NCBI GenBank assembly: GCA_963693365.1 | Contig: CAVNZM010000005.1 | Coordinates: forward strand, 10,501,728 to 10,565,727 | From: Amoebidium appalachense | Taxonomy: Eukaryota; Protista; Ichthyosporea | Reading direction: 5' to 3' | DNA: 64,000 nucleotides | Notes under the pieces: generated by a model | Database searches by the model: none | What the model saw: the letters and a program-made list of their open reading frames with translations, nothing else | What the model was told of the DNA's origin: nothing | Program-made: the position numbers and the translations under genes | Shown here: positions 14,401-33,589 of the stretch, piece after piece | Layout of the letters: every line of letters starts with the position of its first letter | How positions within the stretch are numbered: the stretch's first letter is position 1

Positions 14401-14920
14401 TGTTTGCTGCCCCGTTGGCCGGTGTGGTTTTGGCGGTTGCCGGTGCGGTTTTAGCACTTGTGCTTGCAGGTGTGGTTTTGGCACTTGCGCTTGTTGGTGT
14501 GGTTTTAGCGCTTGTGCTTGCCGGCGTGGCTTTTGCACTTTTGCCTGCCGGGGTGATCTTGGGACTTCCCGTTGTTCCTGGCGTGGGTTTGCTTTTTTTC
14601 CTTTTCCGTGGTCGTATTTTCGTTTAAAACTGCGTCTGTCAGTGTAGTTGTGTTGACACTCACCGTTGTTTCATTCCCCGTTTCCTTTTCCGCTTCACCT
14701 ACACCCGTGTTTTCTGGTTCCACGTCCCCTTTTCCCTTGCTTGACGATTTCCCATAATCATCAACAGAGGGGGTTTCTTCCAAACTTCCCTCGACATCCT
14801 CCGGTGGTTCGGTGGTGGAGGTTAAATTTGTGCCTTCGGCTGGGGGGGTTTCGGTTGTGGGGGCTTTTGCACTGACGTAATCATTGATCTGCTTGTAGTA
14901 TTCCTCCTGAGAGAGTGTAT

Positions 14921-14951
<31 letters not shown>

Positions 14952-15497
14952 GGGGGGGGGAGGGGAAAGAGAGAGGGGGGGGGGGGGATGGAGGGGGAGG
15001 GGGGAGGGGAGAGGCGGTCTAGGGGGGGAGGGGCGAGGGTAGTTGTGGGTGGGTGTGTATCAAAGGTGTTTGTGTGTGGGTAAGCGGATGGGTGGGTGTG
15101 CCGGCCGGATGAATTGATGGGTGAGTTGAGTGGTGAATGTGCCTGTGTGAGTGTGTGTGGCGGGGGTGAGGGGGGGGGGTGGAGGGGGGGTTGGGGGGGG
15201 GGGGGGGGGGGGGGGGGGAGGGAGGGGGGGATCGGGAAAGGGGCTTTGGTGTAACGGAGTACGAGGTGCATAGATGAACACAAGTTGCACTATGCGCTAG
15301 AACATACTAAGTGTATTGAGGTGTACACAGACAAAGAACTCAAACACGTGCGGGTGCTCATACCCACACGTGCACACGCACCTGCACTTGCGCATACACA
15401 CATACGTACCCACGCACGAAACAAGGCACGTACGCACACTACACGCATATACACATAATTACTTACAGATACACACACACGTACACATGTGCGCACG

Positions 15498-15573
<76 letters not shown>

Positions 15574-16596
15574 GCACGGGCACACGCAAAAAAACACACA
15601 CATACACACACAACACACACCATACACATCCACAACAACACGTGCGCACACACATCCCCACCCACGCATCCACACACCAAACATGGCCAGTACCACTCTA
15701 CCTAGCTCCGTCAAACACACACCCACAGATTCACACATCTTTGAGGTTCAACACGTTTCCAAACATCCAAATACACAACACACCCACCACCAGCCTGCTT
15801 CACACACAAAAAAAAAGACAAAGGGGATATAGTGTTGCGTTGCGTGTTTTCATCAGGGGAGCGAGAGTGCAGATGGACGGGACGAAGGGGAGATGATGTG
15901 GGGAGGAGAGGGAGGGAGGGGAAAAGACGGGAGGGTATGCGGGGGGAAAGGGGGGGGGGGGGGGGGAGAAGGAAGGAGGGGGAAGGGGCGGTGGGAGAGG
16001 GGAAAGAGAGGGGGAGGAGGTCGGGGAAGGAGGGGTGGGCAATACCGAGCTTGCGCTTGTACGGTATGCATCCTTTTCAACTTTCTTTGCCATGGCTGTG
16101 TGCTTGTGGATGTCATCTTCACTTGCACTCAGAGGCACGTTGCGCGTGCTGCATTCAAAAAAAAACATATATTATTCACCAACCCACCAATGCAGATGGG
16201 ACCTTTTTACGGATCATTCAAGGTGCTAAGTATTCAGAAATACTTATAATCAGAGTCTGCATATTCAGGAATATACATACTCGCAAGCATATATGTAGGA
16301 ATACAGAATGTTGACCTACATACCGTGCAAAATTTGTGCCCGCCTACATGTTCCAAAACTAAGAATAGGCCACCTATTCAGGAATGTGTATGCTCGCCTA
16401 CATATTCCCGAATATCGTGACATACAAGCACATTCATTTTTTTATTTTCAAGCCGCCTTACATTACGAAGTACTCACAAACATGTTCACGAACTCCACAC
16501 CTTCCCCCTTTATTGCATGCTCGACACCAAAGCTCCTCTTACCACATCCACCCCACCCCTTCCCCCCCCCCCCCCCCCCCCCCCCCCTCCCCCCCC

Positions 16597-16694
<98 letters not shown>

Positions 16695-17053
16695 GTAACA
16701 CACACACACACAAAAACACACCTATTCCCTTCCCCTCCCCTTTTACTTCACACATCATAGCACAAATGAAAACATCCACATATATTTCTTGCCAACTTCC
16801 TCACACCGTCCCAGCCTGACACATTTCTCCTCCTCCCGTCCCTCTTTTCCCACTCAATTGACCCCTGAATTTATCGGCAGGCATATTATCATTTTTTCCC
16901 CCTTGCAAGTGTAGGGTGACAGAGGGGTGAGCAAAAGACTCGTCCAAATTGGTGGTGATGCAAATGGTATATAGGTGAGGATTCGGTGTATCACAGAGTA
17001 GAAGTGAGGGATGTGTGGGTGGGGAAGCCTTGGCGGGCGGGCGGGTGGGCAAG

Positions 17054-17098
<45 letters not shown>

Positions 17099-17174
17099 CT
17101 ACGTACATGTATCGTACATTGGCCAGGCGATGCAGTCGCACTGCGTGGCGCCAGTTTTTGGGCGGTGGTTTTCC
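4653..17174 (-). CDS. Very large multi-exon protein (>2000 aa): N-terminal KIX-like domain, long T/P/K- and E/G-rich disordered region, C-terminal helical repeats; 5' end unresolved
   Basis: Phase-compatible GT-AG exons at 17174-17107, 16148-16046, 14906-11587 (one +1 frameshift near 14593-14599), ~10799-10450, 9808-9664, 8260-7886, 7118-7006 and 6332-4653. The spliced N-terminus reads [62 protein letters not shown], resembling the CBP/p300 KIX motif AYAKKVEGDMYESANSRDEYY. Confidence 0.75.
11587..14906 (-). CDS. 3.3-kb internal exon of the KIX-like giant gene (low-complexity, acidic)
   Basis: Acceptor ctcag|GAGGAATAC and donor G|gtatgt. Contains the 954-aa ORF and SAKTTPAS-type peptide repeats; free of microsatellites. 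Confidence 0.8.
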
Positions 17175-17496
17175 CTGCAAACACCGAGCATACTAGTTTA
17201 AATTGCTAGACATTTTCTTGCAAGTTAATCATACAAAAGTCACTAAATACAAAATCGTTGTTGCTTGCCGTTTATGACCAAGTCTCCGTTTATAGCAAAT
17301 TCTCCATCGTCCTTATGGCCCAAGGTTTACAACCCCACTCTCTAAATACCTCTACTGAGAAGGTTTTTTCCGTTGTTGCTTTCCGGTTTGCCCATTGAAT
17401 CTAGAATCACAACACTTCCTTGCACTCACTCGGCAGTGGTGTGCACCCAAGGAAAATTGTGATTGCTAAGCGAACAAAAAGGAGGAGGGGAGGAGG

Positions 17497-17528
<32 letters not shown>

Positions 17529-18028
17529 ATGACAGGAGGAGGGGGGAAGATTTTGGCGGATATAATGGAGCACACCACAAAGGAAGACTCCTGCTATCGG
17601 ATAGAGCTTAGCAATTATAAGGATCCGTGAAACCTGGGAACTGGAGAAATAGATTGGGGACAGTGGATCTGAAGAACAAGATCTCTGAACAGACACGTGT
17701 GCACGCAAAAAAGATTCGGAAATTAGGAACCATTGAAAACCCTACATACCATCTTTAACGTAGGCCCACGATGCCTAATATCCAGAATTTGTGGCGATCT
17801 ACAGATCTTTTCACTCCTGACAAAGATCTGCTGATGAGAAACATCAGTTACAACAGCCTTCTGCTCGTTACTGAGGTACACAAATTTTAAAAAAGCTTAC
17901 GGTATAGGGTTGTATAAGCATATGGAGGGATAGAGTCTTCAGGGAATGGGGGGGTCGAAAAGATGAAGGTGTATTCGTGTGTTTGTGCGTGCGTGCGTGT
18001 GTGCGTTTTTTTCTGTTTTTTTTTTTTT

Positions 18029-18072
<44 letters not shown>

Positions 18073-19680
18073 GGGGGCCGGGAAGGAAAAATATGGGTAG
18101 GTGGGGCTCGGGAAGAGAAGAGGAAGGGGGCGAGGGGAAGGTGGATGCGCCTTTCACTTAAGCCCGACAGGAAGAAACCCGGCCCACTCACCGAGCTACC
18201 CTTCAAAAACACACATGCCGCTTTTGAACAAAAAAGAGCTGTGATTAGTTAAAGCAATACTCGAACTCGTGGGATCGTTTTGAACCAAACACTCGCGAGT
18301 GTAAGGTGGGACGTTTGTAACCACTGATCCTCTTGGTTTTGGGGTGGGGAGAGCTTTTCAACCCTTTCACTCCGTATCTCTTCGTTCATAGAAGTTCTTA
18401 GATGTTGTTTACCTTGGGTAATGAATGAAAAGAGTTCTTCGGTCTGAGGATCTGGCGAACATGCAACCATTCAAAACGGGAAAGTGAAGAAATCAGATGA
18501 TTATTAAATCATATTTTCAACCTGCTAACGAGGGCGGTATATCATGGTTCTGGAATACACAAACAGGGGGGTTATGGAGGGGAAAAAAAGAAGGACTCCA
18601 AAAAAAAAAAAAAGAAGAAGAAAAAATGCAGCTGTCAGGCCAGAACACGATAGCAGCAGAAAGGTGATTGCGCAAACAGTGACGTCACTATATCTCAATC
18701 TCATTGGCTTGTGGAGCATCACAACAGTGCTGCCAATTGGTCACCTCGTTGAGCCACTGGCCTATCAGTGATCGGTACACAACTTCAGCCCGCATTCCAG
18801 AGTTTTGCAGCAGGTGTAGTGTACACAGTGTGCACGTATGTACATATAACACGTGGCGGTTTACACTGTAAACATTGTGTAGCGCCCATTTAAAATTTGT
18901 ACTAAAACCTGTACAGATATTTGTCCTTCAGTCATTTCACATAACACAGCAAACCACGGCCCAATAACGATATGAACAACGTACAACGTCTTTGTGCTGT
19001 TGAACACGCAACTTTATGGTTCGGTACAACTCCCTATGCCGGCACCGGTTGGACCGGGTTGGTACCGTTAGACTTTTAGAGGCCAGGCATGCAGGCAATA
19101 GCCTGTATAAACGCGTGACTGCGAATTGCCATGGTGCATACGCACCAAATAATATGGTGCTAACGTATTGATGCCCGAGTTCTACTTGCAAGTTGCATAC
19201 GCACACAGAGTACTATTTTAAACATTGTACAAGACGCGTTCCACAAGCTTCCTTCTTGATGATTCTCCTGTGGACACACATGTACAACATGTAGATATAG
19301 CTAGAGAAGAAAAGGAAGAGACGAGAACCATCATTGGCATGCTTTCTGGGCAGCATGCGCCGCTAAAGGAGCTTTGAGCACTTTTATCCTTGTAACTTTA
19401 ACCAGGCTGACAGTGTGGCCCGCGCCCTTCTCATGAGTTATATTCTGCAGCCTAAAAAAAGGATGTAAATTAGTGAATTGGCCATATTTGCAAGTCCTTC
19501 TTTCCAAACTCCAACTCATTCACAGTGCCCATGGTTCTGTTACCGAGACCACCGTGACCCTGGCCGCGGGCGTACTAAAGGCATACATACGGTGCATAAC
19601 TAATTATCATAGCACCAAATGCCAACATATATTCCTCGCTCTAGTAGGGAACCATACTGATTATCTGTAACTTAGTAGAC

Positions 19681-25962
<6,282 letters not shown>

Positions 25963-26771
25963 TTATCTTGCACATAATATTAAGAATTGTAAATGAAAAT
26001 TTCCAAAATACAGCCACCGCTCGATATACCCCCCCCCTCCCCCCCTCCTTCTTGTTACACTCCAAGGGGGGCGTTAAATCGTGGGGGCGCTATATCGTAT
26101 TGTGTCCGTGTTCAAATCCTGCCTGAGACCCCAAATCGGTGACATCGCTTAAATCCACCATTAACTATGTGTTTTGATGTACTGCAATACACACGCCACC
26201 GCCAAAAGAAAAAAAAAAGAGGAAAGTAAATAATTAGTGATGGGGAAGGAGGGGGGGGAGGGCACAAGCTGGTTTACACACACGTGCAAAAAGGTGAAGT
26301 GGTGTCCTCATATCTGCACTTGCACAAGGTATACCCTTTTCATCTTCTATTGGTTGCGCCGTAGTAAAGTAATCATTTTATTCGTCCATCCAACCTCCCC
26401 TTCCGGATACTGGACATAGGTGACTGTTCTGTGTTCATCGAAAAAGATTCAAGACTTCTTGATGTGAATACTCTGTACTGCGGAGTGATGTTCATAATAC
26501 ATGTGGCTGCCCCCCCCCCCCCCCCCCAGCCAAACACACGTGTCACACAGGGGGGGCAAAAAAAAAAAAAAAAAAAAAAAAGACCCCCCCCCCCCCCCCC
26601 CCCCGTTCGTTGCTACTCGTCACCACGTCATCACTTATTCGCTGCTATGTCGAGCACCACTTCACTGCGGCTTCAAGGACGAGCTCTGTCATCTCACACA
26701 TGCATACCACCCGCAAATATCTGTAGCCTGTTAAGCAAATGGGTCTTACGTACATGGGGAATTTTCCACAT

Positions 26772-26869
26772 GAACAACACATTCAAGTAAAAGCTCAGCT
26801 GCAGCTCCCTGATAGGAACGGAACAACACATTCAAGTAAAAGCTCAGCTGCAGCTCCCTGATAGGAACG
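26772..26869. repeat. Perfect 49-bp tandem duplication
   Basis: gaacaacacattcaagtaaaagctcagctgcagctccctgataggaacg occurs twice. Confidence 0.9.
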
Positions 26870-28347
26870 GTTTGCAATAGGAGGAAAAGGATACAGTACA
26901 AGGAGTACACAGAATTCTATCTACACAAGTTATGGACCTAACAAGGATCTTTTTTTCTCCGCATGGAGCTAGTTCGGAATGGCAAGACACATATGTATGC
27001 TAAGTGTTTGCTTGTTTAAAAATTTGTGTGTGTGTTTATCACGGTCATAGATATGGGTGTGTTCCAAACGCGGAGATGTCTTGTAGATCTCGCCTTTGAC
27101 ATGTCTAAGGGGGGATCCTTCCATTTGATTTTAGTGCATGGCAAACAGGTGCTGGATCATTACGATTGCACCCTTCTCACCAACTGATCATGAATTCGAG
27201 CCGATCATCGTGCCTGTGGCGTGTAGTCAAATATTTATTTCACTATTTTTGTTGTTGTTTTCCTGAATACACAGGGCCTCATGCTTGATCCATAAACATG
27301 CCATTTGATATTGCTCCGATTTTCACGTGCACCCAACACTGGGGACTCGTGTTTATACAGCCACCTCGCGTTAAAGCGCACAATACAGCTCCTCCCCACC
27401 CCCCACCCCCCCCCGGGCCCTCCCCCCCATCACTAATTATTTACTTTCCTCTTTTTTTTTTTCTTTTGGCGGTGGCGTGTGTATTGCAGTACATCAAAAC
27501 ACATAGTTAATGGTGGATTTAACCTATAAAAGTATGCCCGTTCTCCGGGGCCGGGGATGGATGGGTATGATTGGTGTCAGGATGTCATAAAGGAGAAGGG
27601 GGAAAGGAGGCACTTCCACCTGCAGACAAAGCCACTGGGACCCTCCCCCCCCCCCCCCCCACACCAAGAAAACAACCATCCAAACACAGACACACTCACC
27701 ACAGGCAAAGGGTCAAGTTCACGTAACAGAGTAGAGCACACATAAAATGTACCATGCAGGGTAATGCAAACGATGTATATAAGCGTGACAGCGACAAACT
27801 AAGTGGTAATGCACGGGGCCATAACCCACATACAGCCGGACATGGAGAGATCAATCAGTGGACAAAGCAGACGGAAAGTTTGTGACATTATGCCTGCAAG
27901 TGGATAAACATGCAGAAGTGCTTGTAATGCACGTCAGAACAATACAGATGGGGATCCATGCATGCTCAACCCAACGTGCAATACCGTACAAGAGGAATGC
28001 CATCACGGGAGCATACCAGCATGGTTGCTCGTGACGTGTATGCGGAGCGAGTGTGTGTGGACATGTGTCGAGCAGGTCAACTGTGCATGCATGCAGCTTG
28101 TCACGTGTCGTGCATGTGCGGATGTATATCGTCAACCCCCCCCCCCACACACACACAAACACCACGACACGTGATTTCTGTATATGTTGCATATTGCGTG
28201 CATGAAAGCATCCGGGACAAAAAAACAGCACGACACCGGTGTATATAATGGTCACAAGCATCGGCACATTGCTCGAACCAGTCGCGCGGACCCATGCTCC
28301 AAGGACTATTCGTACTTTATAAAATGACGTATAGACCGAGGTGGCAT

Positions 28348-30183
28348 TTAGACGTCAGCCATTTCACGCAGACGGCGGACGGAGCTGCGGACGGTGGCAG
28401 CGGCGGCAGTGCTGTGTGGTGGTGGTAGTGGGGGAGGGGGTGAAGGTTAGCGAGAAAAAAAACAAAAGGGATGATGTAATGAAGAGTAGTGGGACGGACA
28501 CCTATAAAAGAGATCGGAAAACACAACATAAACGATCACAGCGCAAGTCGTTGTGTGCGTGTTGAAAGACAGGGGAAAGGGGGAAGAAGGGCTTAGAAAG
28601 TGATACAGAGGATGATATACACTCTGAAGACCAGCAACACACTGCAAATTGCATTGTACAGAAAGCACGACAAATAGAGCCCATCACCAGGTGGCACCAA
28701 GTCGTCCATAGAAACCGATGATGATTGGTCGCCCGGAAGGAGGGTAGCGGGGGGACAAGGATGACACGAAGTGCCAGGTGCGTAACCACTGACATGAAAG
28801 GAACACGAATAACGTGCGAACAGGCATACAGATTCATCTTGAAACTGTCCATCACATAACTACCCGACGAGATCAAGTGAGTTGGCTCTGGGTGCTTTCG
28901 ACCTCCACAGCGATTACCCGAATCGAGAGAACTCAGGATAGGGCACAGTGCCAGAAAAGGAAACGAGTGTGCTCGGGCGGGCTTTGGGATCTAGGCTTCG
29001 ACACGTCTCATACTAAGCCGGGTGAGGCTGCCTCGAGACTGTAATCACTATCAACCTGCATCGAACCCGTATGCGAATCACTACTAAAAACGACGGCTGA
29101 AGGGCTCCGCACCTGTGGCCACACTCTGCCTCCGCATATCCGTTTCCCCGTCTACAAGGAAGAGCCTCTGCTACAACCCCACCTCAGCAGCTTACCTGAC
29201 AACCCAGGCACCACCGGCGATGGTCTTCCGGCAGGCACCGCAGGTCCAGATGCCGACAGAGTGGCGCTTAACGCTGTCCTTGCCACAGAACTGGCAAGTG
29301 TACTTGCCGTGCTGTGTGATTTCGATCTTCTTCACCTGCTTACGCAGGGAGGCACCATAACGGGTGCCGTACTTGCCGACAACACCGACCTTCTTGGTAC
29401 GCTTTGCCTGCAAACAAGCTTGTCAGCTATAAGTAGTTTATGACCATCACATAGATCAGCAGATCGTACCAGCAAAATACTATCTGTCGCTTTAGTAATA
29501 ATCACCACGAATAGGACCTGTCTACGATCTTCCTGGCGATTCACTCCTGCTCCCGTATACACAATTGAATCATTTGGTTGAGGTAAAGGCAAATCTTCGT
29601 GTATTCAAAAAAAAATCTTTCTCCTGCGATGTCGAAAAATTCAGCCCCGGATCCCTGCCTGGATCATGGGGATGCACAACACTGCTCTAAGTGCCGCTTC
29701 GACTTCCTGTTGACTTGTGATGATCTCTACTTTCACTTAAAAATGGCTTAAGCGCTCCCTTTAAAATGAAACCCTTCTCGATGGTTGTCGCGTTGTCGGC
29801 CCTGTGATGCGCATGACATGGCTTTGAGAGCCATTTCGACCGTAACTGCTGACTGTGACAACCTAACAAACAGCCGCTGAAACTTGTCTCTCCAGCTGCG
29901 TAGTTGTCTCTTCCTGCCCAAATGCTACCCAAAAGTAATGGGATGCCTGCGATAGAGAAGAGCTATGCCCGATGGTTAGGAATCATGGACGATACTCTCT
30001 GGATGAGCTGAACTCTTCGTTGGATCTAAACTCGACATATCCGTATATCATCCTCCTCTATGTCTACGTGCAAATTTTCATCTGAATAAGGGTCAAAGTC
30101 GTCCCTCCCTGCTAAGTGAGCCTAAAGCTGCCAAGATAACTGTGGATTCTTAGAGAAATATTCCGATTCAGAAAACTAACCAT
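28348..30183 (-). CDS. RPL37A: 60S ribosomal protein eL43 (L37a), 92 aa, 3 coding exons
   Basis: Exons 30183-30181 (ATG|gttagt), 29407-29196 and 28411-28348 give [92 protein letters not shown], with the C4 zinc ribbon. Confidence 0.97.
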
Positions 30184-30490
30184 CTTGGAAGCTGGTGCTC
30201 GGACGGAGAGAGAGAGAACGGGAAAACGAGACACAGCTTTCAAAAGAGGCCAGCGGCAGACCGCCACGTTCCACAGTCATTAGCAATCATTAGCACTCGC
30301 TATTAGGATCTCATATCTGACCAATGAGAAAAGAGCTTGTTAATATTTCCGGGCTACAAGATAAAGCAGAATCATTTGATTGGATGCATTTATCCGACAG
30401 ATGACTGTGATCCGCTTCTGCTTCGCGCCGTTCAAAAGCCCTCGTTGTGATTCCTGTTTCTTTCCTTTGGAAGGGGATCCGTATTCGAAA
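30184..30490. promoter_or_regulatory. Bidirectional promoter and 5' UTRs between RPL37A and RPL39, with TOP-like pyrimidine tracts
   Basis: Only 307 bp separate the divergent ATGs. Pyrimidine runs precede each ATG on its own strand (ctcgttttcccgttctctctctctcc on -, ttcctgtttctttccttt on +). Confidence 0.7.
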
Positions 30491-31770
30491 ATGGTACGTT
30501 TGGCAGGAGGAATTTTTCAACGAAAAAAGAAGGAATTGTCAAACAGAGGTTCCAGTAGCAGCATGGATTCACCCTTGAGTCTTAGTTTTTCTGGATGCAG
30601 TGATGATTACGTGGATGGAGGAGGATAGAGTAACCCTATTCGTTTCATGAGCTTTCGAAGTTCTAGCAAGATTGTCGGAGATGTTCACCGGAAGGGCAGC
30701 TCATCCACGGAGAATCGTTGTGCCATCCACCCGAACAGCTATTTTTGGCAGCTTCTAGCGAGTAACTGTTCTATCGGTGTTCGTTTGGGCAGTTTTCTGG
30801 TTACCTGTATATGTGTTTGGGAGTTCGGGCCTTACTACAACCACATCTCGGATTGGGGCTGTCAACAAGGAACGATAGGCTGTGATGAGTCGATTCAGGA
30901 ATCAACGGGATCGGAGTTCAATGTACGGGGGTTTAATTGAAGGGCTGAGTGAACTTTCACGTCCATCGGTCGGGCCAACTTTTACCCGTGCACTTTGTAA
31001 AGAGCTCTTGTGTTAGGAAGAGTTTTGAACAACTCACATACGGCTGCATTTGCAACCCACAATACTAATAGTTGCTTGTTGCAGCCGTCCCACAAGAGCC
31101 TTAAGATCAAGCGGCATCTTGCCAAGAAGCAGAACCAGAACCGCCCGATCCCCAACTGGATCCGGCTGCGCACTGGCAACACCATCCGGTACGTGTAGTG
31201 CAGCAGAAATGCTGTTTGGGGGAGTTTTTTTTTTTGAGGGGGGGGGAGGCGGGGGGGGTTCCCGCTCATGGGCCTGGTGCATGTCACTTACGTCTTGGGG
31301 TATGGTCTAGAGATAACGTGGGAAGGAAGGAGTGAACCATTACATGGAGTCTTCGGGCCTGGGAGCCAATTGTAGGACAGTCTGGGTTTTCTGCTGTTTG
31401 CCTCTAGGTTTCTATGTCACCGGGTGCAAAGGTCGGAGGGCTTAGAGACCTGACATCAGCTGCCGTGGTTTACGGCAGTATACGGGAGTGTGCAGGGTAC
31501 AGCAGTAGGATCAACCCTTGATTTCGTAAACCTTGTATCTGTATGCACTATCTACGCGTCGTCGCCTTGAGGAAAACGATTTCACAGTGCTTTATTATGT
31601 TGCACTACTATTTTCTCATTCCTGCTCTTCTCCTCCTTCCTTCGCCTCCTCCCATCCTTCCCCATTTCCCTCACCCACCCCCTTCAACATATACGCACAT
31701 ACTCACACACTTGTATCGCAGGTACAACGCCAAGCGCCGCCACTGGAGACGCACCAAGCTGAACCTGTAA
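30491..31770 (+). CDS. RPL39: 60S ribosomal protein eL39, 51 aa, 3 coding exons
   Basis: Exons 30491-30493 (ATG|gtacgt), 31085-31188 and 31722-31770 give [51 protein letters not shown]. Confidence 0.97.
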
Positions 31771-31924
31771 ACAGCTACAAGCGCCATGCTGTGTTTCTGA
31801 TAAACAGAGTGCGGGTAGTACCTGTGCTCTGTTCATTTACAGTCAGCCGATTTGCCCAGGGCTTGCAGCAGCGGAGTCAATAAACTGGCCTCGTTGCACG
31901 GTGCGGCGCACACGTCACAACGGC

Positions 31925-31992
31925 CGGCCCGTGGCTATACCAATTCTCGTGTGAGTGCGGCCCGTGGCTATACCAATTCTCGTGTGAGTGCG
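31925..31992. repeat. 33-bp tandem duplication
   Basis: cggcccgtggctataccaattctcgtgtgagtg occurs twice. Confidence 0.9.
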
Positions 31993-32784
31993 AAATGAAC
32001 TTGTCTTGCTTTATGTGGGGGATCGGTGGAGCTCAATTCATATACAAAGTTTACAAAGTGTGGGGGGCTTTGGGTGCACACTTGACGATTATCCTTTGTG
32101 GGAGGGAGGGGGTGGGGACGTGCACACAATGCTTTAAAAGCCGATGGGCTATAATTTGTGCACCACACCGTGCTTTAAAAAAGTCTTGCCTTTCTATGTG
32201 TATTTCCGTGCTCGCACATGCTGCATGCATTCCGCTGTGGTTGTTGGCTGGCACTTGATGATGAAAGGAAGTAATGAACACGTTGCAAGGTCACAGGTTC
32301 GGGTGTGTTTGTTGTGTTGTGACACGAGAATATGGAGATCGCATGCATATGCAATCTGTCTGAGCTTTGCCCAGAACTTTTCGCAGAAAAAGGGGTTTTA
32401 CGATGTGTCTATCGTAGGTTCGGTTTTTGCGCTCCGAAGATTGGTGTCCCAGGACGGCTTTGATAGGCATGAAGCCATCTTTCTAAAGTTGATCACACAA
32501 GCAGGTCACACATTCTTAGTGTTCCTTGTTTGTATGATGCTTTTGTTGTGGAAGCTACTACACCATGTGTTTCGCCACGGTCTTAACTTTGTGCTGTCTA
32601 TGATGGCTTGTAGAGAGGAGTGTTGGTCGAATTCTGCTTTCAAAGGTTGCTTGCACATGCACGTGTTATTTCGTGGGCCTGTCGTTTGTCCTGCTGGTTG
32701 GTCGGTCTGAAATGATGTGGCTGTGTGTGTCAGTCAATGGGTGTACGTGTGTATGTGTAAGCCTTTTTTTGTGTGTACTTGTGC

Positions 32785-32831
<47 letters not shown>

Positions 32832-32992
32832 ACCAAAAGTTTTTGCCCTTCCCTTTCCCGAAGGTGTGGGATTGAGTTTTCATTTTTCTTTTTCTTGTTC
32901 TTCGTAGTTACACGACTCTTGAAATCCTGACCCGAAGTGTGCCTCTGCTTGTGTTACTATGCACAGCCGCATGAAAGCGTGTTGTTTTTTTT

Positions 32993-33023
<31 letters not shown>

Positions 33024-33160
33024 GGGATGTGGTTCAGTCGGCTAACTTCGCGGCAACCAGTATCAAGGCGGCCTTGCACGTGCACACACCACATTCGCTT
33101 TATGGTTTGGGTTCTCCTTTTGGAATGGTCAACTTGTGCAAACCTGTGCACGTGCAGGTC

Positions 33161-33537
33161 TGCTCCAGCAGAAAGACACACCTGTCTTTGCGTCATCATA
33201 ATATGAACTGTGTATACATGTTAAACAGGTCACATCTGATATATTGTCTGCATATCCGATGATGAAAGAGTATTGTTGTGCATATGCATGTACGACAAGT
33301 GGGCTTCTTACCAGCAGCAGAGATTTAGACTAGCTGGCTGTGCATGCCCTGCTCCAGCAGAAAGACACACCTGTCTTTGCGTCATCATAATATGAACTGT
33401 GTATACATGTTAAACAGGTCACATCTGATATATTGTCTGCATATCCGATGATGAAAGAGTAGTGTTGTGCATATGCATGTACGACAAGTGGGCTTCTTAC
33501 CAGCAGCAGAGATTTAGACTAGCTGGCTGTGCATGCC
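33161..33537. repeat. ~189-bp near-perfect tandem duplication
   Basis: tgctccagcagaaagacacacctg...gctgtgcatgccc occurs twice; one visible mismatch (tattgttg vs tagtgttg). Confidence 0.9.
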
Positions 33538-33589
33538 CCAAACACAAGTATGATACTGTAAAATATTACTATGTAAGCAGCACGAACAT

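Noticed and set aside
11961-14627. Long plus-strand ORFs (266, 270, 388, 176 aa), also 4828-5634 and 62165-62935
   Set aside because: They are antisense shadows of real minus-strand exons.
17831-17847. CTGATGAGAAAC hammerhead-like words
   Set aside because: There is no stem II between CUGAUGA and GAAA; it is a simple hairpin ctgatg/catcag.
17630-17940. Additional 5' exons of the KIX gene with a 30-nt intron (17871-17900)
   Set aside because: Splice signals exist, but the peptide is unconvincing and no connection to the 17174 acceptor could be established.
28718-28730. ATGATGA box C in RPL37A intron 2
   Set aside because: It is antisense to the host gene and has no matching D box nearby.
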